Shown one piece after another: positions 1 to 9,291 of a DNA stretch of 32,000 nt (positions are counted from its first letter, which is position 1; every line of letters starts with the position of its first letter). The DNA is from an uncultured Calditrichaceae bacterium (lineage in GTDB: Bacteria > Zhuqueibacterota > Zhuqueibacteria > Oceanimicrobiales > Oceanimicrobiaceae), in contig CAYVXE010000003.1 in NCBI GenBank assembly GCA_964455375.1, positions 50,805-82,804 of the forward strand. Reading direction: 5' to 3'. Below the pieces are notes generated by a model that saw only the letters and a list, made by a program, of their open reading frames with translations, was not told the DNA's origin and did not search any database. A program made the translations under genes and the position numbers.

Positions 1-234
1 ACCGAACTAACGTTTTCAACGGTACTCATCGTCAATCTATTGGGCTACCTGGTCATTTACTCGCTTGGAATCTTGATTCTTTATGTGAACTTGAATTACG
101 TTGTTGGTCAGTCAAGACTTTTTTCAGAAGTTCTCTGGCTGGGTTGTTTTATCTTTATTCCGGGAAGTCTCATAAAGGCCACCATTAGCGCATTTGTTAC
201 GTTGAAATTAACGAATGTTTTAAACAGGTTATGA
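1..234 (+). CDS. C-terminal fragment of an integral membrane protein, possibly a BioY-like/ECF S-component (N-terminus outside the window)
   Basis: Frame 1 is open from base 1 to the TGA at 232-234. The sequence is hydrophobic throughout. The C-terminal ...LGCFIFIPGSLIKATISAFV resembles the conserved PF(I/L)PGD(L/I)(I/L)K end of BioY proteins. The stop overlaps the anmK start (ATGA at 231-234). Confidence 0.4.
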   Translation, partial: TELTFSTVLIVNLLGYLVIYSLGILILYVNLNYVVGQSRLFSEVLWLGCFIFIPGSLIKATISAFVTLKLTNVLNRL

Positions 235-1439
235 AAATGTTTGAACCAAGTATGTTAACTCGTATAATGGACATTTCTCAAAAAGGCGAACGCCTGGCCA
301 TCGGCTTGATGTCCGGGACTTCCGTGGATGGTGTCGATGCCGCATTGGTGAAAATAAAGGGTTCCGGATTGCAAACAGATATAACCCTGGAAGGGTTTCT
401 TTCCTTTCCCTATCCGGACGGGTTAAAAGAAGTTGTTCTTGAAAATTCCACGCCGGGACAGGGTAGTGTTGATGGTCTTTGCCGTCTGAATGTTTTGCTG
501 GGAGAAATTTTTGCCCACGCGTCCCAGGCACTTTTAAAAGCGGCAGGTGTTTCTCCCGAACAGGTTGATTTTATCGGCTCGCACGGACAAACGGTCCAGC
601 ACTTACCAGAAAAAGAAAAACAATTCGGCTACGATATTCAGGCGACATTACAAATAGCCGAACCAGCGGTTATCGCCAGGCGTACCGGCATTTTGACCGT
701 AGCCGATTTTCGGCCTGCCGATCTTGCGCTGGGCGGACAGGGCGCACCACTGGTGCCTTATTTTGATTATCTTTTGTTTCGGTCAGATGTGAAAAACAGG
801 GCATTGCTCAATATTGGTGGTATTTCTAATTTTACCGTTTTAATAAAAAACGGCACGGTGAACGATGTTATCGCATATGATACCGGCCCGGGCAATATGG
901 TGCTCGATTGGCTCATGCAGGCGTTGCTGAAGAAGCCGTTCGATGAGAGCGGAAAAACAGCACAGTCCGGACAGATTTCTGAACCGTTGTTGAAGACTGC
1001 TCTGCTGCATCCGTATTTTGCAAAGCGACCGCCAAAATCAACCGGTAGAGAAGAATTTGGAGAAGTGTTTTCAAAAACGTTTCTAAAAGAAGCCCAAAAA
1101 TTGAATCTTTCCGTAGAAGATACCATTGCAACCGCGGCGCAGTTAACTATCGAAGGTGTTTGGCACAGCTACGAAAGCGATGTAAAGCCGGCCGTTCAGA
1201 TTGACGAATGGATCATTAGCGGAGGCGGTGCAAAAAATAAATTTTTACTGGCACAATTAGGAAAAAGGGCCGCACCGGCGCAGGTGAAGATCATAGATGA
1301 CCTTGGCTTGTCTTCCGATGCTAAAGAGGCTGTTTGTTTTGCTGTTCTGGCAAATGAAACGCTTATGGGAAACTGCAACAATGTCCCGTCCGCCACCGGT
1401 GCTGCAAAGCAAACGATTCTGGGTAAAATATGCTTTTGA
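231..1439 (+). CDS. anmK: anhydro-N-acetylmuramic acid kinase
   Basis: The 402-aa ORF carries AnmK signature blocks: GLMSGTSVDGVDAALV, GSHGQTVQH, DFRPADLALGGQGAPLVPYFD, LNIGGISN, YDTGPGNM, PKSTGREEFG and SGGGAKN. Confidence 0.9.
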   Translation: MKMFEPSMLTRIMDISQKGERLAIGLMSGTSVDGVDAALVKIKGSGLQTDITLEGFLSFPYPDGLKEVVLENSTPGQGSVDGLCRLNVLLGEIFAHASQALLKAAGVSPEQVDFIGSHGQTVQHLPEKEKQFGYDIQATLQIAEPAVIARRTGILTVADFRPADLALGGQGAPLVPYFDYLLFRSDVKNRALLNIGGISNFTVLIKNGTVNDVIAYDTGPGNMVLDWLMQALLKKPFDESGKTAQSGQISEPLLKTALLHPYFAKRPPKSTGREEFGEVFSKTFLKEAQKLNLSVEDTIATAAQLTIEGVWHSYESDVKPAVQIDEWIISGGGAKNKFLLAQLGKRAAPAQVKIIDDLGLSSDAKEAVCFAVLANETLMGNCNNVPSATGAAKQTILGKICF

Positions 1440-1461
1440 GGAGAGGACGTACACAAACCGG

Positions 1462-1487
1462 AAAAAAACCGTTAAGCGGTTGTTTTA
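1462..1487 (+). terminator. weak hairpin plus T-rich tail downstream of anmK
   Basis: AACCG (1467-1471) pairs with CGGTT (1477-1481) around a 5-nt loop. An A-run lies upstream and GTTTTAT downstream. The stem is short, so this is tentative. Confidence 0.3.
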
Positions 1488-1592
1488 TAATTGTCTTGAT
1501 TAACCTGAGTTTAATATCTATATTTAACATTCAATATTGGGGGAGAACACGGCGTAAATTATTGTTTAAGACCTAACCCGGTACAAAGAATC

Positions 1593-2168
1593 ATGTTGCG
1601 TAAACAAGAAACCCAAAAAAAATCCGTTTTCAATTTTCATGTCGGTGATGCTATTTGGGGTAATATTTTTAAAAAGGACTCCAGTGAGAAAGAAACGATT
1701 CGGGCAATTTTACGGCAAATACCTCTATTTCGCGGGATGAATAAATACAGTTTAAACGAATTTGAGAAACTTATGCACCGGCGCACCTATAAAGCAGACG
1801 AAACAATTTTCTGGGAAGGCGAACCTGGCGTGGGTATGTACGTGGTATTGGAAGGGAGCATCGGCATATACAAAGAAAGTCTGGAAGCAGGTCGGGAGGA
1901 GTTGGCAACATTAAAACGAGGGGAGTTTTTGGGTGAGCTTGCATTATTGGATGAATCTCCGCGCTCGGCCTCTGCGGTTGCTCTGGAGAAATCTGTAATT
2001 CTGGGACTTTTTCGACCGGATTTAATGGAATTAATTGAAAGAAAGCCGCGATTAGGAAATAGATTCCTTTTTCAGTTAGCATCGCTCATCGGAGAACGCT
2101 TAAAGCACACCAACGAAGAATTACAGGCCCTGTGGACAAAACTGGAGGAATCGAAAGTCATCACATGA
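1593..2168 (+). CDS. cyclic nucleotide-binding (CAP effector) domain protein with no DNA-binding domain
   Basis: The 191-aa ORF shows the cNMP-binding pattern: GEPGVGMYVVLEGSIGIY, then RGEFLGELALLDESPRSASAVA. The C-terminus is a short helical tail (EELQALWTKLEE), not a helix-turn-helix. Confidence 0.8.
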   Translation: MLRKQETQKKSVFNFHVGDAIWGNIFKKDSSEKETIRAILRQIPLFRGMNKYSLNEFEKLMHRRTYKADETIFWEGEPGVGMYVVLEGSIGIYKESLEAGREELATLKRGEFLGELALLDESPRSASAVALEKSVILGLFRPDLMELIERKPRLGNRFLFQLASLIGERLKHTNEELQALWTKLEESKVIT

Positions 2169-3241
2169 AAGCCACGGAAAACGGCACGCAAGTATTTACC
2201 ATCAGCTTCAGTCCCAGAACCGTCCGTAAATTGGTACTGTGGGGCTTTATTGGCCTGGCTGTCTTAGGAATTATCGCCTTGTTGCCGGCGTTGCGTTCGG
2301 TGCTCACCACCATCATTGTAGCCCTTTTTCTGGCCTTTCTTCTTGAACCGGTGGTCACATTTATTGAAAATCGCGGTGTTGAACGCTTGTTTGCTTCTGC
2401 GTTGGTCTTTCTGTTCATTCTGATGTTAGCATTGTTAGCATTTAAATATCTGGTGCCGGTTTTTAGCAATGAAATTCATCAATTAAGTACAGGCTTTAGT
2501 GAGCAGTCCGGCGATGATATTTTAAAGAAGATCCAACAGAAATTAGGTGATACCATTCCGATTTTAGACAATCCGTTACTCCAGGATGAGCTTCGGTCAA
2601 AGGTCAATTCAATTTTGAAAAGTAGCTTTTCCATGGTGGTAAACGCACTGTCGACAATCGTTTCCCTTGTTATGATGGCATTTATGACCTTTTTCTTTTT
2701 GAAAGACGGCCGGCGAATGAAAAAGGCTGTTATAAGCTGGGTACCAAATCGCTATTTTGAGATGTCTTTAATTCTGTTACATAAAATGTCTACGCAATTA
2801 GGCCGGTACATTCGCGGCCAGTTATTGGTGGCCAGCATCGTCGGAGCGCTTTCAATTTTCGCGCTTTATTTGCTGGATATTCGCTATTATTTTTTCATTG
2901 GCGCCATTGCCGGTATCGCGAATATGATTCCATATTTCGGCCCGTTGGTTGGCGCCGTTCCTGCAATTATTATTGCTCTGATCGATACGGGCTCCATGGG
3001 GTCCGTTGCTGCGGTAGCTGTGGCATTTGCAAGTATCCAATTATTTGAAAATATCTTCGTCTCCCCGGTTATTGTTTCAAAAAGTGTTGAGTTACATCCG
3101 CTAACGATAATCATGGTCATTTTAATTGGCGGTCAGCTTTTGGGTCTTTTGGGCATGCTTCTCGCCGTACCAACGGCAAGTATGATCAAAGTGACGGCGC
3201 AAGAGATTTCCTGGGGTGTAAAACATTACCGGATTTTTTAA
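2165..3241 (+). CDS. AI-2E family (PerM/YhhT, UPF0118) transporter
   Basis: The product is polytopic and hydrophobic, with the family motif region ANMIPYFGPLVGAVPAIIIAL. I prefer the ATG at 2165, which forms an ATGA overlap with the upstream stop at 2166-2168. The track start at 2132 is the alternative. Confidence 0.85.
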   Translation: MKATENGTQVFTISFSPRTVRKLVLWGFIGLAVLGIIALLPALRSVLTTIIVALFLAFLLEPVVTFIENRGVERLFASALVFLFILMLALLAFKYLVPVFSNEIHQLSTGFSEQSGDDILKKIQQKLGDTIPILDNPLLQDELRSKVNSILKSSFSMVVNALSTIVSLVMMAFMTFFFLKDGRRMKKAVISWVPNRYFEMSLILLHKMSTQLGRYIRGQLLVASIVGALSIFALYLLDIRYYFFIGAIAGIANMIPYFGPLVGAVPAIIIALIDTGSMGSVAAVAVAFASIQLFENIFVSPVIVSKSVELHPLTIIMVILIGGQLLGLLGMLLAVPTASMIKVTAQEISWGVKHYRIF

Positions 3242-3254
3242 ATCGATTTTATTT

Positions 3255-4223
3255 ATGTCCTCTTCTTCCGTTTCGCGTCAAAACCATCTCGTTGCTTTGC
3301 TGGCATTCACGACTGTCCTCTTTGCTTCGTGTACCCGGTCCGTCACCGGCGATGCTTCAATCGTAATGAACTGGCAGGCCGTGGATTCGCTCAACACAAA
3401 ATTACCCGATGGAATACGGGTCTATTCCGGTTCCAACGAGCATTTGCCGTTGAAAGCGTGGTATGTGCGTATTCAAGAGTCCCGGCCAGAGATTTTTACA
3501 AAAGTATTGCTGTCGGATGATTCCAGAGACAATCGTGAGACCGTCTCCAGTTTTGCCCATGATGAAAACGCCGTCGTCGCAATCAACGCCGGCTATTTTG
3601 TAATGGGACAAACGCCAGCGCGACATGCCGGTTTACTGGTTTGTGATGGCAAAATAATGGCTTCTGCAACGCGATCTGTTATGCGAAAAGCGGTCCGGTA
3701 TCCCGCAGCCCGCTCAGCGATCGGCTTTACTGAAGACGATAGAATTGATATCAAGTGGGTGCGCAATCGTCACGATACGCTTTTCGCCTGGTCCGAACCA
3801 CTTAAAAACAGGCAAAACAAACCGAAAAAGTTAGATTTTAAGCGAGCGATCCTGTGGCAGGTGAACGATGCCGTTTCTGCCGGCCCCATGTTAATTTCCA
3901 AAGGTAAGGTTCATGTGGCGACAGACGAGGAAGTGTTCTTCGGGTCTGCCATTCCCAATGTCCATCCGCGGAGCGCCGCGGGAATTACCGCCAATGGCGA
4001 GCTTATTTTAATGGCTGTGGATGGTCGTCAACCGGAGAGCCGCGGCGTTAACCTGGAAGAACTTGCTGATTTAATGCTCGGAGTTGGCTCTGTGTGGGCG
4101 CTGAACTTAGATGGTGGCGGATCCACGACTCTAATCGTGAACGGTCTTCGCCTGAATCGTCCGTCGGGTGGGGACACCGAACGAGAAGTCATGTCGGTGC
4201 TGGCGACATTTGTCAGAAAATAG
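3255..4223 (+). CDS. phosphodiester glycosidase family (DUF2233) lipoprotein
   Basis: A signal peptide with lipobox is present (LFASC). Family motifs are INAGYF and NLDGGGSTT. Confidence 0.75.
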   Translation: MSSSSVSRQNHLVALLAFTTVLFASCTRSVTGDASIVMNWQAVDSLNTKLPDGIRVYSGSNEHLPLKAWYVRIQESRPEIFTKVLLSDDSRDNRETVSSFAHDENAVVAINAGYFVMGQTPARHAGLLVCDGKIMASATRSVMRKAVRYPAARSAIGFTEDDRIDIKWVRNRHDTLFAWSEPLKNRQNKPKKLDFKRAILWQVNDAVSAGPMLISKGKVHVATDEEVFFGSAIPNVHPRSAAGITANGELILMAVDGRQPESRGVNLEELADLMLGVGSVWALNLDGGGSTTLIVNGLRLNRPSGGDTEREVMSVLATFVRK

Positions 4224-4264
4224 CAAGGCTCAGAGAAAACATGTAGCACCGAAAGGGATCTTGA

Positions 4265-4609
4265 ATGAAAAAAGTAGATTGGTTTTATTTTCGCAACGGC
4301 TGAACGAGCTGTAAGAGAGCGCAAGAGTTTCTTGCCTTGAATCATGTGGACATCAATACGACAGTCAGCGCCTCAAAGAAATTGCAGATTGAGGATGCAA
4401 AGAAACTCCTTAGGGAGAAGGAGCGGCTGTATGTTGCGAAGGGGAAAAAGATCAGACGTTTTAATTTGCAGGAAGACATTGCGACTCCGGAAGAGTTGGT
4501 TACATTTCTTTTAGGTCCTACGGGAAACTTGCGTGCCCCCACGATCCAGGTCGGTCGTACATTACTCGTAGGTTTCAACCAGGCAATTTATGAAGAAGTT
4601 TTCAGGTAA
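4265..4609 (+). CDS. ArsC/Spx-family selenoprotein (114 aa, Sec encoded by TGA 4301-4303)
   Basis: The ATG at 4265 immediately follows an in-frame stop at 4262-4264, with AAGGGA 7 nt upstream. The translation reads MKKVDWFYFRNG-U-TSCKRAQEFL and runs in frame into the track ORF 4337-4609. The U-T-S-C sits where ArsC/Spx proteins carry CxxC. The C-terminal LRAPTIQVGRTLLVGFN matches the family (Spx: LLRRPIIIDEKRLQVGYN). Confidence 0.75.
4321..4335 (+). promoter_or_regulatory. candidate SECIS-like hairpin downstream of the in-frame UGA
   Basis: GCAAGA-GTT-TCTTGC is a perfect 6-bp hairpin with GU in the apical loop. It starts 17 nt after the UGA. Whether it matches a real bacterial SECIS model is unverified. 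Confidence 0.4.
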
Positions 4610-5456
4610 GGCGTCTCAAATAAATATACAAAAGAAAAGATGGTTACAGGTGCTGGTCTTTTCTGTTTGCATCGTTGTGATCGTTCTCTTTTTGGTTTCA
4701 AACACGCTTAAAATTCAAACGGTTAATTTACAGCAGTCATCCTTTTCAAACGTCTTGCGGGGCAAGCGGGCAATTTTACTAAGCGACTTGCATCTGAGCG
4801 CGGGAAACAAGACGTCTGTTTCACAATTATTGTTCGCTATCGAAAAGATAAAACCGGACATTATTTTCCTGGTGGGTGATTTTGTTCCCTGGACCTCGAC
4901 AAAAGAGGATTACAGGAATGTTTTCCATTTTCTAAAAGAACTATCTGCTCCGCTTGGTGTGTACGCGGTTTTGGGTGATTCGGATTATCAGCGCAGCAGG
5001 GAGAGTTGTACCTTTTGCCACAGTCAGAATATACGCAAACCGACACCGCTAAATCAGGTTAAATTTATCCGGGACAGTTTTATCGATCTGAACCTGAACG
5101 GTCGTTTCTTGCGCATTGCTGGTGTTGACAGCCGTGAGGGGCTGAGACCGCGACTGCAAAATGTTCCACCGCTTATCGTTCGCACACCGGTCATCTTGCT
5201 TAGCCATACATCGACGGTATATCATAAAATTCCGAAAGGCAGGAATGTACTCGTTCTGTCTGGTGATACCCATGGTGGCCAGGTTTATTTGCCGACTTTT
5301 CTATGGAAACTTTGGGGTCGTAAACCGGACCCGGAGCACATGTACGGTTATTTCAAAGATGGTGAGAAAAGTTTGTATGTTACCAGTGGCACAGGTACAT
5401 CCGATTTCCCGTTTCGTTTTGGGGTGCGGCCTGAAATAGCCGTGTTTAAATTTTAG
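4590..5456 (+). CDS. metallophosphoesterase (calcineurin-like) with N-terminal membrane anchor
   Basis: Motifs present are LSDLHL, VGDF, LGDSD and GDTHGGQ. An N-terminal TM is present (WLQVLVFSVCIVVIVLFLV). The start overlaps the selenoprotein gene by 20 nt. Confidence 0.8.
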   Translation: MKKFSGKASQINIQKKRWLQVLVFSVCIVVIVLFLVSNTLKIQTVNLQQSSFSNVLRGKRAILLSDLHLSAGNKTSVSQLLFAIEKIKPDIIFLVGDFVPWTSTKEDYRNVFHFLKELSAPLGVYAVLGDSDYQRSRESCTFCHSQNIRKPTPLNQVKFIRDSFIDLNLNGRFLRIAGVDSREGLRPRLQNVPPLIVRTPVILLSHTSTVYHKIPKGRNVLVLSGDTHGGQVYLPTFLWKLWGRKPDPEHMYGYFKDGEKSLYVTSGTGTSDFPFRFGVRPEIAVFKF

Positions 5457-5467
5457 GAAAAGGACCG

Positions 5468-6025
5468 ATGTTTTGCAGTAAGAATCTTTTACAAAAGATC
5501 GTTTTTTGGAGCGTCTTACCACTTGTTTTTTGTGCCTGTGCGAGGAACGACACAGAAACAGAACCATTTGACTTTGATTTTGAAACGGAAGCCGATTTAA
5601 ATGCATTGACATGGGAGTGCCGGCAATTGTACAGCCTGTCTCCGGAACATGTGACGCATGGTAAATTCAGCCTAAAAGCAGAGCTTTATCCCGGTTTGTA
5701 CCCGGGGTTGAAAATTCGCCGGTTTGATCCGGACTGGTCGAGATATTCGGCGCTGCATTTTGATCTGTTTAATCCGCTTCCGGATTCCCTGCCGCTACAC
5801 ATTCGCATTGACGATCAACAGGAGCACCCTGAGTTTGAGAACCGTTTTAATTTGACGATCATGTTGCAACCGGGTGCCGGGCACTACATCCTGCCATTGA
5901 GCAAGGTGATAACCTCCGGCAGCAAACGGCCATTAAAGTTAAGCTCCATTGAGGCGGTTTACTTGTTTATCGTCCAGCCGAAGAAGGAAGTCGATCTATA
6001 TTTTGATTTTTTACACCTGGAGTAA
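5468..6025 (+). CDS. hypothetical secreted protein or lipoprotein
   Basis: The 185-aa ORF has an N-terminal signal-like segment ending VFCAC. I recognise no family. It lies 11 nt after the upstream gene. Confidence 0.5.
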   Translation: MFCSKNLLQKIVFWSVLPLVFCACARNDTETEPFDFDFETEADLNALTWECRQLYSLSPEHVTHGKFSLKAELYPGLYPGLKIRRFDPDWSRYSALHFDLFNPLPDSLPLHIRIDDQQEHPEFENRFNLTIMLQPGAGHYILPLSKVITSGSKRPLKLSSIEAVYLFIVQPKKEVDLYFDFLHLE

Positions 6026-6061
6026 AGCACACATCTGCTACCGCATGAGGTTGAATGAAAC

Positions 6062-7690
6062 TTACCGGTCAACATATTCTATGGTAAAGCCTTTAATGTG
6101 TACACTCTCTGCGCCGTTAATAGATCCGTTTATAAATTGCGGGTATTGGTTTGCAATTTTTGCATAATGATAAACGTTGATGAAATATTTTCCTGGCGAG
6201 AAGGGAAACGTTCCACTGTCGCGCATAACCGTGTGTGGCTCTCCCGGATCATCGGGTACAACTTTGTACCCTCCTGCGTTGGGATTTAGCGGTTTTGTTT
6301 TGTTTCCGCTTTCGTCCTGAAGTTCCAGGTAAAAACTTTCGTTTTTTTGCTCGTCGCCACTGTTGTACCAGACAGTCGTATCGATTCTGTATTTCCCCCG
6401 GGTTTTGATGTCGACCTCAGCTACGTGTAAGTCGGAAGAACCGGACTCTCCGCCATCTGCCAGGACGACGCTTTCGACAGAAACCGTGATTGGTGCAACG
6501 GGTTCGACGATTTCAAGGATTTTTAATCCACCGACACCGTTGGCGACAAAGACAAGATTGTCTTTGGAGGCGACAAAATTCGTTGAACCTTCGAATGTCG
6601 CTTTACCTAAAGACACGATGCCGGCAAGGGTGATTTTGCCGATCATCAAGCCGTCGCTACCATTTGCCATGAAAAGGCGTCCGTTTGCTACCGAGACGCC
6701 ATTTGTCTGGCCGCCGGTTGGCGCCGGAATGGCGGTGGCTACCGTTTCGTTTTTTAAATCTACAACCAAAACGCCACAGCGGAAAGCGGATAGATAAACA
6801 TTGTCTCCATCGACAGCCATTTCTGCTTTTTCCTGAAGAAAATTATCACATCCAAGGCTGATTGTTTTAATAAAAGTCAAGGTAGAACGATCAAACAAAT
6901 GCAGGTTCGTTCCGGTTCCCTCCAAAACCAAAACATAGGAATCGGTTTTATCGATCGCCTTCGCCCCCTCCAGGGGGATTTGTTTTTCCAGCGAAAGGGC
7001 GTGTTGTTTGAACACTGAGAGCGCCCCGTTTGTCGTACCGGATGTTACAAAGACCGAGTTATCAAAACAGGCCACATCGTTGGCGTTAAAACTTGGCAGG
7101 TCAAACCGTTGAGAATTATCCGTCAGTCGATTAGCCTGTAAGTCGAGAATTTCAAGGCAGGCCGGTGTGTCAAATACTGGATTGCGGTCACTGGCCGTTG
7201 CTTCACCAAGGAAAAGTTTTCCTGCAAATGCTGTCGCAATGGTGATGTCGGTGTCCAGAAACAGCGCCTGCGATAGTAAAATCGGATGTTCGGGGTTTAC
7301 CACATCGACGATTTCCACAGCGCCACGATATTGATTTTGCGCGGTGCTGTATGAAACATACGCGTGTGAATCGTCAAACGTTACGTGACTGGCATGTAAG
7401 AATTGTCCGTCCACAATCGGCGGGGAAACTTCAGCCCTTAGTTTCAGTTGAAACGGCACTGTTTGTGAAAGATAGCTTGCACCGGTTTTTCGTGTCGAAA
7501 ACTCTACCGGAATTGTTTTGTTTACATAAGTAATTTGAGCACTTAAAGTCGCTTCATCATTTTCGAGTTGTATTCTGTCGCCGTTATTTGCTGGTTCCGT
7601 GGGTTGATTGCCGCAGGCATAAAAGAAACAACTCACAGAGAAGAGAATAAAAACAGAGAAACGTATGCGAGTGCGTGACGTCATAATCAT
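6062..7690 (-). CDS. LVIVD-repeat beta-propeller lipoprotein with an extra C-terminal beta-rich domain
   Basis: A lipobox is present (FFYACGNQ). LVIVD-type repeats recur: EIVDVVNPEHP, LEILDLQAN, GVLVVDLKN and GLKILEIVEP. Confidence 0.6.
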   Translation of the reverse strand: MIMTSRTRIRFSVFILFSVSCFFYACGNQPTEPANNGDRIQLENDEATLSAQITYVNKTIPVEFSTRKTGASYLSQTVPFQLKLRAEVSPPIVDGQFLHASHVTFDDSHAYVSYSTAQNQYRGAVEIVDVVNPEHPILLSQALFLDTDITIATAFAGKLFLGEATASDRNPVFDTPACLEILDLQANRLTDNSQRFDLPSFNANDVACFDNSVFVTSGTTNGALSVFKQHALSLEKQIPLEGAKAIDKTDSYVLVLEGTGTNLHLFDRSTLTFIKTISLGCDNFLQEKAEMAVDGDNVYLSAFRCGVLVVDLKNETVATAIPAPTGGQTNGVSVANGRLFMANGSDGLMIGKITLAGIVSLGKATFEGSTNFVASKDNLVFVANGVGGLKILEIVEPVAPITVSVESVVLADGGESGSSDLHVAEVDIKTRGKYRIDTTVWYNSGDEQKNESFYLELQDESGNKTKPLNPNAGGYKVVPDDPGEPHTVMRDSGTFPFSPGKYFINVYHYAKIANQYPQFINGSINGAESVHIKGFTIEYVDR

Positions 7691-7820
7691 CCCTAATCGT
7701 TAAAAAGAATTCCTGTATAAACGTAGAAATATTATCGACGTCCTTTCGGAGAAATTAACCAATTTGAACGTAATGAAAGATATGGCAGCTCTTGTGGGAA
7801 TCGGGGTTAAATTGCTCGAC

Positions 7821-8714
7821 TTAGAAATATATCACGCCCTGATTGTCGGCTGTGAAAATTCGACATACCGCTGGAATATTCAAGGCGCGTGCTTTTTGCT
7901 GCCAGGCGTCCTGCAAAGATGTTCCGTCATCTGCGGTAAAGGCCAGGATCGTTGATCCAGACCCGCTGACACAGACTCCGAGTGCTTTCGATTCGACGGC
8001 GACCCCTGCAAATGCGTCGTAGCCGGGGATGAGTTGTTTGCGATACGGTTGGTGTATTTTATCCTGCATGGCGATGGATAACGCTTCGTAATTTTTACTC
8101 ATGAACGCATGTGTGAGAAGAGCGCTGCGTTGAATGTTGAAAACCGCGTCTTTGTGGCTCACCGAACCGGGTAAAATCTGCCGTGCCGCTTTGGTGGAAA
8201 TGGTCACGTCGGGAATTAACGCGACCATCGTGAGACTGGGTTCTACGGGAAACGCTTTTGTCACCGGACGGCCTTTCTCAAGGCAATTTATCGTGAAGCC
8301 GCCAAACAGTGACGCCGCGGCATTTTCCGGATGGCCTTCAAGTTCGTTTGCCAGGGAAAGCAGGTACTCTTTTTTTGTGTTTAGGCCGGTGAGTTTTGCG
8401 GCACAAGCCAATCCTGCAATCGTTGCTGCGCCACTGCTTCCAAGACCACGGGACAAAGGAATCTCATTTTTGACTGTGATGTTCAAGGCAGGCAGCATTT
8501 GGTTGACATGAAGGAAAAACTTTTTTACTGCCAGATAAACAAGATTTGTTTCGTCGCGGGGAATTTCATCGGCGCCTTCACCGGAAACCTCGATGTGCAG
8601 GTCTGTGGGGCTGACGTCCATTTTTACGGTCAGGTACATCTGTAGCGCCAGACCGAAGGTGTCGAATCCAGAACCGAGATTCGATGTGGATGCGGGAACC
8701 CGGACGTTAACCAT
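7821..8714 (-). CDS. thrB: homoserine kinase
   Basis: The internal start MVNVRVPASTSNLGSGFDTFGLAL (CAT at 8712-8714) gives 297 aa. The GHMP-kinase motif PLSRGLGSSGA is present. The track ORF's 123-aa N-terminal extension overlaps pyrE and is rejected. Confidence 0.9.
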   Translation of the reverse strand: MVNVRVPASTSNLGSGFDTFGLALQMYLTVKMDVSPTDLHIEVSGEGADEIPRDETNLVYLAVKKFFLHVNQMLPALNITVKNEIPLSRGLGSSGAATIAGLACAAKLTGLNTKKEYLLSLANELEGHPENAAASLFGGFTINCLEKGRPVTKAFPVEPSLTMVALIPDVTISTKAARQILPGSVSHKDAVFNIQRSALLTHAFMSKNYEALSIAMQDKIHQPYRKQLIPGYDAFAGVAVESKALGVCVSGSGSTILAFTADDGTSLQDAWQQKARALNIPAVCRIFTADNQGVIYF

Positions 8715-9291
8715 TTTTTTGCAGGCCCCTGCTTCCCGGCTTGTGTGCCGGGCCGAGATTCTTAACGGCCGGATCATCCGGTTGGAATGTTTCAATCTGC
8801 AACTGCATGACCGAAAAAAAGTCAAGTCCGAACTGTGCGTTCCCCCCGCTGCGATCGACGATGCAGCCGACACCCAAGGGATTGGCGCCAAGTGAATGCA
8901 CCAGTTCGATGACTTCTTTGACCGAACCGCCGGTGGTAATGACGTCCTCCACCACGAGAATCGTTTCATCCTTTTGAATGGCAAAGTTTCTGCGTAAAGC
9001 CATACGCCCGTTTTCTCTTTCGGCAAAGATCGCGCGAACCCCCAGCGCGCGGGCAACTTCATGCGCAACGATGATGCCGCCAATTGCAGGCGCGATCACC
9101 GACTGAACGTTTCTGTTTTGATAATGATCGGCGATTTCAGAGCAGAGCTTTTCGGCATACTGCGGATGCTGCAGGACTTTGGCGCACTGGAAATATTGAG
9201 TGCTGTGCAATCCGGACGTTAAAATGAAATGGCCATTTAGCAGCGCACCGGTTTGTTGAAAAATAGTTAAAACGTCGTCGTTGGTCATCAT
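8707..9291 (-). CDS. pyrE: orotate phosphoribosyltransferase
   Basis: The 194-aa ORF has the PRPP-binding loop VVEDVITTGGS and an N-terminal GHFILTSGLHS. It overlaps the thrB start by 8 nt. Confidence 0.9.
   Translation of the reverse strand: MMTNDDVLTIFQQTGALLNGHFILTSGLHSTQYFQCAKVLQHPQYAEKLCSEIADHYQNRNVQSVIAPAIGGIIVAHEVARALGVRAIFAERENGRMALRRNFAIQKDETILVVEDVITTGGSVKEVIELVHSLGANPLGVGCIVDRSGGNAQFGLDFFSVMQLQIETFQPDDPAVKNLGPAHKPGSRGLQKNG

Noticed and set aside
40-234. The 64-aa ORF taken as a complete small gene.
   Set aside because: Its frame is open back to base 1. It is more likely the 3' end of a larger membrane-protein gene cut by the window edge.
4337-4609. The 90-aa ORF taken as a complete stand-alone gene.
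   Set aside because: It lacks the N-terminal redox motif of its family. The same frame upstream supplies that motif if TGA 4301-4303 is read as Sec.
8715-9083. The 123-aa N-terminal extension of the thrB ORF (track ORF 7821-9083, 420 aa).
   Set aside because: The extension lies entirely antisense-frame over pyrE coding sequence and is Arg/Ser/Trp-rich nonsense. The homoserine kinase N-terminal motif VPASTSNLGSGFD begins right after the internal Met at 8714.
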